From NCBI GenBank assembly GCA_044356215.1, contig JBIKWQ010000004.1:1-64000 (forward strand): a stretch of 64,000 nucleotides of DNA. The letters run 5' to 3'. Within the stretch, counting starts at the first letter, position 1. The number at the start of each line of letters is the position of its first letter. This stretch comes from Bdellovibrionota bacterium. GTDB lineage: Bacteria > Bdellovibrionota_C > UBA2361 > OMII01. Shown piece after piece: positions 31,568 to 40,827 of the stretch. Below the pieces are notes generated by a model, which saw only the letters and a list, made by a program, of their open reading frames with translations, was not told the origin of the DNA and searched no databases. A program made the translations under genes and the position numbers.

Positions 31568-32671
31568 GTGATTGCCCGAGCTTGGCTTGTATCGCGCACG
31601 TTGTGGCCACTATTGCTCTCGTTGCTCTCTTTCGCGACTTTTGTCTTGTCTGAGGTTTCGGCGGAAACTCCCCGAATTACTGTTGGTCTAGCTCTGCCTT
31701 TAAGTGGCGAAATGTCGAGATATGGGCTCGATATCCAGCGAGGAGCTCAGATGGCAAAGGAGGAGCTAGCCAAGAAGGGGATCGAGGTAGTGCTTATCTC
31801 GGAGGATACCCAGCTAATTCCGCGGATGGCGGCTACCGCGGCGCAAAAGTTAATTAATAGCGACCACGTTGATGTAGTTGTTAGCCTCTGGGATACGGCC
31901 GAGGCCGTGGCCCCAATCGCTGAGCAGCGGAGAACTCCTCATGTCAGTATTCGCTGGAATCACCGTGTAGCGGAGGAGTTTCCGCACACATTTACCTTCG
32001 AGAGTTCTTATGTAACCTGGATCCGAGCAACGCTGGATTTTCTTCGTTCAAAAGGGGTAAGGCGTCTGGCGTTGATGACTGATGAGTCCGGGGCCGGATG
32101 GGTGTTTGGGCGCGAGTATCTTCTTCAGGTAGTAGCGGATTATGGAATTGAATTGACTACCGATCAGCGTTTTATGGGCTCGACTGGGGATTTGAATTTA
32201 ACGATTTCAAAGCTTCTTGCGAGGCCCAGTGACTATATCTTGATGCTTCATTTCGGGGCGCCTCTAGTTGAAACCATGCGGCGTTTGTCTGAGAGGAAGA
32301 TAGCTACTCCGATAATCGGCTACTTTGATGGAATGGAGCCGCCTATTAATGTAGAGGGGAGGTCCTTTGTCGCTCAGTTTGATACGCAGTCGTGGTTCGC
32401 TGAACGTTTCACTGCGAGGTTTCCAGGGGAGAGACCGATAAGGGCGGCTTTCGGGTATGATCTGATATCGATCCTAGGGCAGATTGTCGAGAAAATTAAT
32501 AGGACACCAACTGAAGCTGAGATCTTAACGCACCTTAACGGAGTGCGTGATTACCCCGGGGCGACCGGACTGATCTCGTCAAATCAGTCTAGAGCGATTG
32601 AGACTACCTGTGTTCTTAAAGAATTTAGGAATGGTGTTGCGGTTAAGATAGGGGAGGCTAATTCGCGGTAG
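31568..32671 (+). CDS. ABC transporter substrate-binding protein, LivJ/K-like
   Basis: Signal peptide, ITVGLALPLSG, GYD and GATG motifs of type 1 periplasmic binding proteins. Confidence 0.85.
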   Translation: MIARAWLVSRTLWPLLLSLLSFATFVLSEVSAETPRITVGLALPLSGEMSRYGLDIQRGAQMAKEELAKKGIEVVLISEDTQLIPRMAATAAQKLINSDHVDVVVSLWDTAEAVAPIAEQRRTPHVSIRWNHRVAEEFPHTFTFESSYVTWIRATLDFLRSKGVRRLALMTDESGAGWVFGREYLLQVVADYGIELTTDQRFMGSTGDLNLTISKLLARPSDYILMLHFGAPLVETMRRLSERKIATPIIGYFDGMEPPINVEGRSFVAQFDTQSWFAERFTARFPGERPIRAAFGYDLISILGQIVEKINRTPTEAEILTHLNGVRDYPGATGLISSNQSRAIETTCVLKEFRNGVAVKIGEANSR

Positions 32672-32727
32672 ACTGTGATTTCTCAGATGTTATCAACGCT
32701 GTGCTACAAACTAACGCCTGTATTTCT

Positions 32728-34065
32728 ATGACCCCAACTACCATAGTGATTATCGGAGGAGGCTGCAGCGGTACTCTAGCCGCCATACAGATTATGCGGC
32801 GAGTCAATCATCCTGCGCTCGACGTTATTCTGGTTGAGCGCGCACCTGCCGCCGCCAGGGGGCTCGCGTATGACGCGCCGAGTGATCGCTGTAAATTAAA
32901 CGTGCCAGCGCGAGGCATGTCGGCTTTCCCTGATGAGCAAGACAGTTTTCTTGAATGGATGCGGGGTCACGATCCATCGGTCACTGGGGATGAGTTTATT
33001 TCAAGGAGAGTCTATGGCTCTTATCTTCAGGATCTATTGAGACTCCATGCAACCAATCAAAACGGAGCGTCTCTCCGCGTTATTTCAGATGAGGTGATAG
33101 ATCTTCTTTTCCGGGCGGATACAAATAAGTGGGATGTCGTTCTTAAAGATAGGCCCGCTCTTAGCGCTGATTACTGCGTGCTTGCTCTGGGCAACTTGCG
33201 GCGAGTTAGCTTTTGCGGCGTTGAAGTGGCGTCCACTTTTTATGATCCTTACAAGCGTGGAACATACGAGTCATTATCCCGAGCGGATAGTCTATTGATT
33301 TTAGGAAGTGGTCTTACAGCGGTGGATAGCGTTATTGAAGCCGAGGGGAGTGGTTTCCGAGGTTCTTATACGATGCTGTCACGACATGGGCGAATACCGC
33401 TTCCGCACGAGCCTCCTGGTGATTCTCAGTCTTCGCGGCAGCTACCTTCCCCTGAGTCGCTAGCTGGTTTATCTCTTCGCTCGCTCACGAAACTTGTGGT
33501 GTCACTGGCACGCGAGCAGGGATCGTCCCAAGGATTAATAGTCGCCCTACGTCCATATCTGCAGGAGATATGGCGCAGATTTTCGGATGTTGATAAGAAG
33601 CGTTTTTTGCGTCATGTGCGGCCGATCTGGGAGATCCACAGACATCGAATCCCTAAATCGCATTACGATTTATTAGAGGCACTTAAGAGAGATGGCCGAC
33701 TGACAGTGTTAGCGGGCCACTTAAAGCAGATTCAACGCGACTCAAACGGCGCTCATGTTAAGATAGAAACCCGTGACGCTTTTCTGGAACGCTCGTTTGG
33801 TGGGGCGATCCTCTGTGCTGGTCCTGAGGGAGATCTAAACAGGGTAGGAGATCAACTTGTTAAGAATATCCTGAAACGTGGCGTAATCAAAATGGGCCCC
33901 CTCGGTCTTGGCGGAGAGATCGTGGAGGACGCGCCTGGGAGCTCGCGGTTATTTATGATTGGACCTCTTCAGCGCGAATCGCTCTGGGAGATAACAGCAG
34001 TTCGCGAAATACGTGAGGAGGTTGTTAAGTTGGCAGATAGCTTGGCTATCAACACCGGTGAGTAG
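32728..34065 (+). CDS. FAD/NAD(P)-binding protein (YdhS-like)
   Basis: IIGGGCSG, RGLAY, LNVPA..MS, GSGLTAVD, WEIHRHR, WEITAV motifs. Confidence 0.9.
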   Translation: MTPTTIVIIGGGCSGTLAAIQIMRRVNHPALDVILVERAPAAARGLAYDAPSDRCKLNVPARGMSAFPDEQDSFLEWMRGHDPSVTGDEFISRRVYGSYLQDLLRLHATNQNGASLRVISDEVIDLLFRADTNKWDVVLKDRPALSADYCVLALGNLRRVSFCGVEVASTFYDPYKRGTYESLSRADSLLILGSGLTAVDSVIEAEGSGFRGSYTMLSRHGRIPLPHEPPGDSQSSRQLPSPESLAGLSLRSLTKLVVSLAREQGSSQGLIVALRPYLQEIWRRFSDVDKKRFLRHVRPIWEIHRHRIPKSHYDLLEALKRDGRLTVLAGHLKQIQRDSNGAHVKIETRDAFLERSFGGAILCAGPEGDLNRVGDQLVKNILKRGVIKMGPLGLGGEIVEDAPGSSRLFMIGPLQRESLWEITAVREIREEVVKLADSLAINTGE

Positions 34066-34081
34066 TTAGGCTATCTTCTGT

Positions 34082-34204
34082 TTAAAGCTTGGACCACGGC
34101 TTGGTAGGTGTATCACCGCTCTGTGCCGCCGCGCCCTGAACAGCGACAAATAAGCCGATTCCCGAGCACACATATCTGATTAAGTTCCTAGTGAAAGATT
34201 TCAT
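34082..34204 (-). CDS. 40-aa ORF consisting of a signal peptide and a 13-aa tail (small secreted peptide or truncated gene)
   Basis: AAGGAG SD 9 nt before the ATG; MKSFTRNLIRYVCSGIGLFVAVQGAAA|QSGDTPTKPWSKL*; too short for the supplied ORF track. Confidence 0.5.
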   Translation of the reverse strand: MKSFTRNLIRYVCSGIGLFVAVQGAAAQSGDTPTKPWSKL

Positions 34205-34526
34205 GGATTAACTCTCCTTCTGTAGCTTTTTGATGACTGCAAGCCCCTCATAGCTAGGGTCGGATGGTTTCTGAGAAAACTTTAAGCCTTTTTTGTAGCG
34301 AGCTTAAAAATATTTCTTAACTAGTCACCGGATTCTTTGGATCGTTGCAGTCATAACATCGCTTCTCTAGGCGGTCGTTTCTGGCTCTTATATCGGGAAT
34401 TTTATTGATAACTAGCTGATTTCAATGGTGGTCTGCGTGAAGCTTAGCGGTCGAATCTGTGATACTCTCTCGAGGCTATCAGCGAACAGCGATTAGTTCG
34501 GAAGAGCGGAAGTTTGGAGAGGAAGT

Positions 34527-35624
34527 ATGGCTAGTTTTGGTGGACCTAGGAGACCAGACGGTGGCTTAGCGCCAAAGGGGGATCAACCTGGGCAACATTC
34601 CACTGGCGCATCCCGGCAATCCCAGATCAATAGTACAGGTACTGGTAAGAAATCAGATCGTCCTGACGTCGATAGTAGCACTGATACCAATCCACCACCT
34701 CGTTCAGAAGTATCGATAGTTCGGGCGTTATTCGGCCCAGCGTTTGCGATAGGGGCAGGAAATACACTCTACATCGCGCAATTCGGTAATCATGTCCTAA
34801 CTTTGGTTTATGCGTGACTTGCTGCTTTGTCATTCCTTAACTCGGCAAAGCCGGGATTCGTTAGTGGCATTTTGAGTGGAGGAATTAATAATGATCCACT
34901 AGAGGCCGAAAAAAAGCTGAGTGGTTTTAGTGGATTCATCAAGGAGAAGGTCTCGCGACCAGGAGTATGCTTAGCCGCTAACGGTGTAGCTTATGCGGTG
35001 ACAGCTTTAGGTTATTTAGGATGGTTAGCGGCAGGTGGGCGGGATTTTGGTTTCACGGCGAATGATGTGGTTCAGATATTAGTCTGCGGCTTTTCGGCGG
35101 TTGGAGAGTTCGCTGGAGCAGCTCTTTGCAACAAAAACGCTTTGCAGCTAAACCGAGAGCCGTGGGGTCTTGAGAAAATCGCCACAACGATCTGGTCGAA
35201 GATACCGACTGGCGTGCGCGCGTTTTTAAGTGATCCGGGGGCTATATTCTCTAACGTTAATGCGGTGCTCTACGGATGGACTTTCTACAAAGCCGGAGCT
35301 CTTTCAAGTGCCGTCTCGGGCTCTCAGTTGGCCTTAACCGCGGCGGGCAGTAGCTTTACGTTATTGGGAGCGTTCTTCGGAATATGTTCTGTCTTTTATG
35401 GTGCTGGCAAATGGGGCAAACCGTTACCAGTAACATTTAATAGCATCGGTAACTTCTTCAGTGGAGCGGCGATGATCTCGTTGGGGGTAGCGAGCGCTTC
35501 GCTAGTCCCAACGTTAATCGGCGCCGCGTCATTACTCTGGGCCTGGGGAAACGGATGTTATTCGGTAAATTCGATTCGTGAGACTTTTTTTACTAGTAAG
35601 CAAAACTCGCCTACACCTCAATAA
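34527..35624 (+). pseudogene. Orphan multi-pass membrane protein split by one in-frame TGA (34815-34817)
   Basis: ORFs 34527-34817 and 34827-35624 are in the same frame; a hydrophobic helix runs across the stop (VLTLVYA*LAALSFL); a strong SD precedes 34527 only. Confidence 0.6.
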
Positions 35625-36993
35625 GCTCACCATAGCCAGGCACCAATGTATTCCACCCAAGCTCACGCCCTAGAGTGGCGCTGAAGCTCTTGGCACTATC
35701 AGGCTCGCCGTGAACAACAGCGACCTTGCCTGGCGTTCCAATGCACGAACGACACCACCTAATCAGCTCATTCTTATCGGCGTGAGCACTAAACCCGCTC
35801 ATCTCTTGAATCTCGGCGCGTACTGGAACTTCTTCGCCAAAGAGCGTCATCGTAGTATTGCCGCGCTTAAGCCAATCACCACGCGATCCAGGGGGTTGAA
35901 ATCCGACGAACAGGATCGTGTTGCGATCATCTGATACGCGGTGCTTCAGATGGTGTAAGATACGACCACCTGTAAGCATTCCACTCGCTGATATAATCAC
36001 TATCGGCTCGTGTATCGAGTTAAGCTTAATCGACTCGGCGCGCTCACGGGTAAAATACATCTTGGGAACCTGGAAAGGTTGAAATCCTTTTTTTAGGAGA
36101 GCAAGCGCGGCGGCGTCGTACTCGTTTGTGTGTCCCTGGTAGATCGATGTGGCATCTCGCGCCATCGGGCTGTCTATAATTACAGGTATGTCAGGGATAC
36201 GCTTCGCTGCCTTTAGCTCCCTTAAATAGTAGAGGATCGTTTGCGTACGACCAACGGCAAAGCTAGGGATGACTACCGCTCCGCCGCGTTTACTGGTGCG
36301 GTTGATGATGTTCGCTAAGCGTTCGTGTGGGTCAACCTCTGTGTCATGAAGTCTGTCGCCATAGGTTGACTCAATCAGAAGTAGATCTCCTAAGGTCGCT
36401 GGCTGAGGATCAACAAGAATAGGTTGGTCGTAACGACCGATATCACCAGAGAAGACGATACGTTTATTGCCAATAGTTAAAGCGATAGAGCACGCTCCTA
36501 CGATGTGGCCCATCAGCGACCATTCAGCGAAGACCCCTGGCAGAACTTCAATTTTGGTATTAATTGGAGTCGGCTTGAGAAGGGTTAAAGCTGATTTGGC
36601 CTGCTCTTCCGTGTAAAGAGGTAGGGGAGGTGAGTGACGAGAGCTTTTGTGCTCGGATCTAAAAGACGCCTCCTCTTCTTGAAGTCTGGCGCTATCTAAA
36701 AGAAGGAGTCTGGTTAAATCCGCTGTCGCTGGAGAACACCAGACCGGCGCCTTTAGTCCTAGAGCGTGATAACGGGGCAGTATACCAGTGTGATCGATGT
36801 GAGCGTGTGTTAGAAGCCCCGCGTTTATCGCGCCTAAGTCGATCTCTGGGGGCGCCCAGTTCTTTTCTCGCCATGAGCGTTCCCCTTGGAACATCCCGCA
36901 GTCGATTAGGATTTGGTGAGTGCCGTTTGATACCAGATATTTAGAACCGGTGACTGTACCGGCGGCGCCTAGGAAGCGGATGGTTAGTGGCAT
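35611..36993 (-). CDS. MBL-fold beta-CASP ribonuclease (YSH1/TTHA0252-like)
   Basis: GAAGTVTGS, THAHIDH, ESTYGDR, FAVGRTQ, SAHAD, VHGE. Confidence 0.95.
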   Translation of the reverse strand: MPLTIRFLGAAGTVTGSKYLVSNGTHQILIDCGMFQGERSWREKNWAPPEIDLGAINAGLLTHAHIDHTGILPRYHALGLKAPVWCSPATADLTRLLLLDSARLQEEEASFRSEHKSSRHSPPLPLYTEEQAKSALTLLKPTPINTKIEVLPGVFAEWSLMGHIVGACSIALTIGNKRIVFSGDIGRYDQPILVDPQPATLGDLLLIESTYGDRLHDTEVDPHERLANIINRTSKRGGAVVIPSFAVGRTQTILYYLRELKAAKRIPDIPVIIDSPMARDATSIYQGHTNEYDAAALALLKKGFQPFQVPKMYFTRERAESIKLNSIHEPIVIISASGMLTGGRILHHLKHRVSDDRNTILFVGFQPPGSRGDWLKRGNTTMTLFGEEVPVRAEIQEMSGFSAHADKNELIRWCRSCIGTPGKVAVVHGEPDSAKSFSATLGRELGWNTLVPGYGELIEV

Positions 36994-37029
36994 AGTGACT
37001 CCTTAAAATAGACTGGGCTAGACAGTGAA

Positions 37030-39669
37030 CTACAGAAGCTCAGATTTTAAAGTCTGATAATCAGTTTTTCCACTACCCAAAACAGGCAAGCTCTTTATCT
37101 GGCGCGCTTCGCTGATATGCACAATAGGCGGGAACCCTGCGTTCTTTAGCGCCGCGTTAGCTCCCTCTACAGAGAGGCTACCGGCGATAAACGCCACAAG
37201 CTTAGGCCTTCCATCACCCTCGCTTCCTTGTGTTAAGACCGCCACAGAAGGTGCGCCATCTGGTGAGGGAACGAGCTTTTGCAGCGCCTCCTCTACGGCG
37301 CCAAGGCTAATCATCTCGCCAGCAATCTTTATAAAGCGCTTTAGTCGACCGGTAATTACAAGTGAGCCATCCTTTATCAATCCAAGATCTCCAGAGTTGT
37401 ACCAACGCTCATTTCGATGCTCAACGAATGGATCAATGGCGGGATCAAGATATCCGTGAAAGACATTTGGGCCTTTGATCAGAATCAGCCCCTGCTCGCC
37501 CGTCGCGACAGGCTCTCTGGTCTCAGGATGAACGATAGCTAGCTCTACACCGCTTATAGGTCGACCGACCCCTATGCGTGGCTGACTTGGTCTGCCAACG
37601 CTCACAACTGGGCTGCACTCGGTTATGCCGTATCCCTCAAGAACCTGAGCATTAGGATTAATAGCCGCGACCTGCTCAAACAATTCAGTTGGGGCGCGTT
37701 CGGCTCCCGACACTAAGGCTCTTAAGGTTTGAAATTGCGTAGCCTCGCCTGAGCTTAAGATCGATCTCAGAAACGTTGGAGTTCCAGCGGCTATCGTAGC
37801 GCTCCAAGCGGAGATAGCTTTGGCTATCTTGCGGCTCTCGTTTGGATTCGGATGATAAGCGACCTTGAGCCCTGTCATTAACGGTAAAAGGGTGCAGATC
37901 GTTAATCCAAAAGAGTGAAAGGGTGGGAGGAACCCCAGAAGCACATCGTCTTTTGAGATGCTGAAAGCTTCTAGCACTCCACTTACGTTAGACATGATAT
38001 TACGGTGGGTCAGCGGCACACCCTTAGGCAGTGCCTCTGATCCGCTTGTGAATAGAACTACAGCAGGTGAGTCAGGGTCTAACTCTCGTAGCCCGAAAGC
38101 TTCTAGGATCTGCTCAGTTGATTCTCTGGCTAGACGCTTGCCAGATATCTTGTCGCGCAAGCTTAAGTCTCGGGCGATATCCTCTAAGAGCACGAATCTA
38201 TTGTCGAGAAAGTCTAGATCGGTAGGGATGAGATCTAGAAATGCTTCAGATGTGATGATCGCTGATAGTTCAGTGGCCTCGCAGGCGTGCAGGAGCGATC
38301 TCTTTCCAGCGGTCCAATTTAGGAATACCGGCGTTTTCCCTGCGAGGATCGTAGCCATCGTCACAAGCGACCCGGCCGCTGATGCGGGAAGTAGCACTCC
38401 TATATGTGAGCCAGATAGTTGGCTGATGTAGCGAGCAAGGATGACGACCTTAAGCTTTACTTCGTTCCAACGAACTACCCCGGCGCGTGGATCGGCGAGA
38501 GCCGGCTGCTTACCGAAGCGGCTGCATGCGATTAGAAATGCTTGAGCGATAGTTGAAGCCGATCTTAGCTCCGGTTCAGGGCGTGTCGCGCTCGCTTCGC
38601 TCCAGAACTGAGGGGCAATAATTTCAGATCTGGTGGTAGTTTGATTAAGCTCACCAGCGGCTGCGCGCATCAGGGAGCCAACAGTGAGCAATTCCGAGAG
38701 CTCTACATCGTGAACCTCAAACTCGCGATCTAACCAGATGAGTAACTCCGCGATTGAGAGTGAGTCGATCCCAAGGTCGTCTCCGAGGCGAGTATCCGGG
38801 CTAATGCTAGCAACAGGAACCTGCGCTACGTGAGCCACCCGCGCGATAACCTTTTCGCGAATCTCATCGGGAACAGAATCAAGGGAGTGATTAGTGATAG
38901 CTCTTTCAGGTAGCTCTGGAACGCTACGATAGAGAAAGCTGTGTGATACAAGCACGGGAGCTTCGGGTTCTGGCGAGTTGTAGTGGGTCTCCAGGTATCT
39001 GTTGATCGCCAGAGGCTCCCCATCTTTAGGAAGATCTGTAGGATTAAAAGTTATCTCGATAGAGACCTGACGGCGGGGTGTAAACAGGAAGAGGTTCTGC
39101 AAGAGGATCCTAATTCCTCGCAAGCATGTTTTTCCGACATCAGGCGTAACGCCGCCGGTAGTCGCCTTAGAGAAGATACTTCCACAGAGGCCACGGATTT
39201 TTACCACAGCGACCTGCGCGTTCGGATAGCCTTTTAAGATCGTGTGCACCCCTGATGTTCCACCTATCCGTTCTGGGCCACTGACTGATAAGCGACCAGA
39301 TGGATAAACAAGTATGTTGTCACCGTACTCAAGTGATTGAACGATCTGGCCTAAAGCCCGCTCGATACGACGGCGTTTGTAGGGGCCAGAATCAAACTCC
39401 ATATCCGCCATAGGGATAGCTCTGATACGCTTGAGCACCGGATTAAGAAAACGCAAACGATACATGCTTTCAAGCACAACCGGGCGAGGGCGGAGGGTCT
39501 CCCAAAGAAGGGTAGTGACGATAACTGGATCAATCTCGGCTGGGTGATTAGGCAGGATTAATACGCCACGGGTCTTGGATACCTCTTCCAGCCCGGTAAC
39601 GGTGATTTTGTAGCGGAGACTCAGTAAAAGCTTAAGTATTCGTGCTAACATACTTCTGCTAGCTTTCAC
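37030..39669 (-). CDS. Aas-like acyltransferase / ACP / acyl-AMP ligase fusion
   Basis: PlsC motif NHPAEID; ACP motif DLGIDSL; AMP-binding FTSGSEALPKG, EGYGITE, SGDLG. Confidence 0.9.
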   Translation of the reverse strand: MKASRSMLARILKLLLSLRYKITVTGLEEVSKTRGVLILPNHPAEIDPVIVTTLLWETLRPRPVVLESMYRLRFLNPVLKRIRAIPMADMEFDSGPYKRRRIERALGQIVQSLEYGDNILVYPSGRLSVSGPERIGGTSGVHTILKGYPNAQVAVVKIRGLCGSIFSKATTGGVTPDVGKTCLRGIRILLQNLFLFTPRRQVSIEITFNPTDLPKDGEPLAINRYLETHYNSPEPEAPVLVSHSFLYRSVPELPERAITNHSLDSVPDEIREKVIARVAHVAQVPVASISPDTRLGDDLGIDSLSIAELLIWLDREFEVHDVELSELLTVGSLMRAAAGELNQTTTRSEIIAPQFWSEASATRPEPELRSASTIAQAFLIACSRFGKQPALADPRAGVVRWNEVKLKVVILARYISQLSGSHIGVLLPASAAGSLVTMATILAGKTPVFLNWTAGKRSLLHACEATELSAIITSEAFLDLIPTDLDFLDNRFVLLEDIARDLSLRDKISGKRLARESTEQILEAFGLRELDPDSPAVVLFTSGSEALPKGVPLTHRNIMSNVSGVLEAFSISKDDVLLGFLPPFHSFGLTICTLLPLMTGLKVAYHPNPNESRKIAKAISAWSATIAAGTPTFLRSILSSGEATQFQTLRALVSGAERAPTELFEQVAAINPNAQVLEGYGITECSPVVSVGRPSQPRIGVGRPISGVELAIVHPETREPVATGEQGLILIKGPNVFHGYLDPAIDPFVEHRNERWYNSGDLGLIKDGSLVITGRLKRFIKIAGEMISLGAVEEALQKLVPSPDGAPSVAVLTQGSEGDGRPKLVAFIAGSLSVEGANAALKNAGFPPIVHISEARQIKSLPVLGSGKTDYQTLKSELL

Positions 39670-39781
39670 TGATATGGCTGTTAATGCAAGTGAGAAGTGG
39701 GGGTTAGGTAGTATTGGGCTGTCTCGGCACTTTACGGGTCGCTAGGTCTTGGTGTAGCATCCCACGGAGTTTCTGCTTTAT

Positions 39782-39855
39782 GCGCCTTTAGCTCAGTTGG
39801 ATAGAGCATCTGGCTTCGAACCAGAGGGTCGGGGGTTCGAGTCCCTCAGGGCGCG
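39782..39855 (+). tRNA. tRNA-Arg(TCG), CCA not encoded
   Basis: Acceptor GCGCCTT/AGGGCGC, D-arm AGCTCAGTTGGATAGAGC, anticodon arm TCTGG-CTTCGAA-CCAGA, T-loop GGTTCGAGTCC. Confidence 0.95.
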
Positions 39856-39900
39856 TTTCTTCAATACTGTAGTTCCCCCTAATTTAATCGCGAGGGCACA

Positions 39901-40827
39901 ATGGCAAAGATCGTCGTCACCGGAGGTGCTGGTTTTATCGGCTCACACATCGTTGACCGTCTTAAAACCGGGAATGAGGTACATGTTATCGACGACCTCT
40001 CAAGTGGATTGAAGCAGAACCTCTCCCCTGATGTTAAATTGCATGAGCTTGATATCCGATCAGAACAAGCTGCTGACCTGATCGCTAAGCTTGAGCCTGA
40101 TTTCTTAGTACACGCTGCAGCGCAGATCTCGGTTCGTATAAGCATGGATAAGCCAGCCGTTGATACAGACATCAACGTGACCGGACTCATAAATCTCCTT
40201 ACTCCGCTGTGTCATACTAAAAATAAGGCGCATGTTGTGTTCCTCTCATCAGGAGGAGCTTGTTATGGAGAGCAGGAAGTATTCCCAGCCCCTGAGGGTC
40301 ATCCGATTAGACCGGAGAGTGTCTACGGATTATCTAAGAGAGTTGGCGAGATGTATCTTGAATTCTGGTCGCGCGTTTGGGGAATTAGCAGTACATCGCT
40401 GCGACTATCAAATGTCTATGGCCCACGTCAAAACCCTCATGGAGAAGCCGGTGTAGTGGCGATCTTCTGTGAGCGATTGTTGGCTGGCAAGGATATCGTA
40501 GTCAACGGCAGCGGTGAGCAGACTAGAGATTTTGTTTTTGTTGGCGATGTCGCGGACGCTGTTTTTAAAGCTGTGGAGAAGCGCCCGGTTGGCGAGTTCA
40601 ATATCGGAACAGGCCGAGAGACTTCAGTCATCTCTTTGGCGACAGAGCTTAGAGATCGCGCGTGCCCTACGGCCAAGATTGACTTCGCGCCGGCCAAAGC
40701 GGGTGAGCAGATGCGCAGCGTTATCGATAACACCCTTGCAGGAAAGTTCCTCTCATGGAGCCCTAAGGTGGATATGGCCGATGGATTGGCTCGCACCCTC
40801 GAATGGTACCGCGAAGGTAAGAGATAG
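39901..40827 (+). CDS. NAD-dependent epimerase, UDP-glucose 4-epimerase-like
   Basis: TGGAGFIGSH, YGLSK, NVYGPRQ, GEAGVV. Confidence 0.93.
   Translation: MAKIVVTGGAGFIGSHIVDRLKTGNEVHVIDDLSSGLKQNLSPDVKLHELDIRSEQAADLIAKLEPDFLVHAAAQISVRISMDKPAVDTDINVTGLINLLTPLCHTKNKAHVVFLSSGGACYGEQEVFPAPEGHPIRPESVYGLSKRVGEMYLEFWSRVWGISSTSLRLSNVYGPRQNPHGEAGVVAIFCERLLAGKDIVVNGSGEQTRDFVFVGDVADAVFKAVEKRPVGEFNIGTGRETSVISLATELRDRACPTAKIDFAPAKAGEQMRSVIDNTLAGKFLSWSPKVDMADGLARTLEWYREGKR

Noticed and set aside
34815..34817. Genome-wide TGA reassignment (genetic code 4 or 25)
   Set aside because: TGA ends conserved genes at the expected positions (fusA, nuoL, mraZ), and conserved genes show no internal TGA.
40514..40780. 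N-terminal extension of the GT4 ORF overlapping the epimerase, as a frameshift fusion
   Set aside because: The epimerase is complete with its own stop, I saw no slippery site, and ATG 40781 has a plausible SD.
40798..40809. 12-bp match CTCGAATGGTAC between the first epimerase 3' end and 56443-56454
   Set aside because: Short, largely explained by shared WY codons of epimerase ends, and not extendable.
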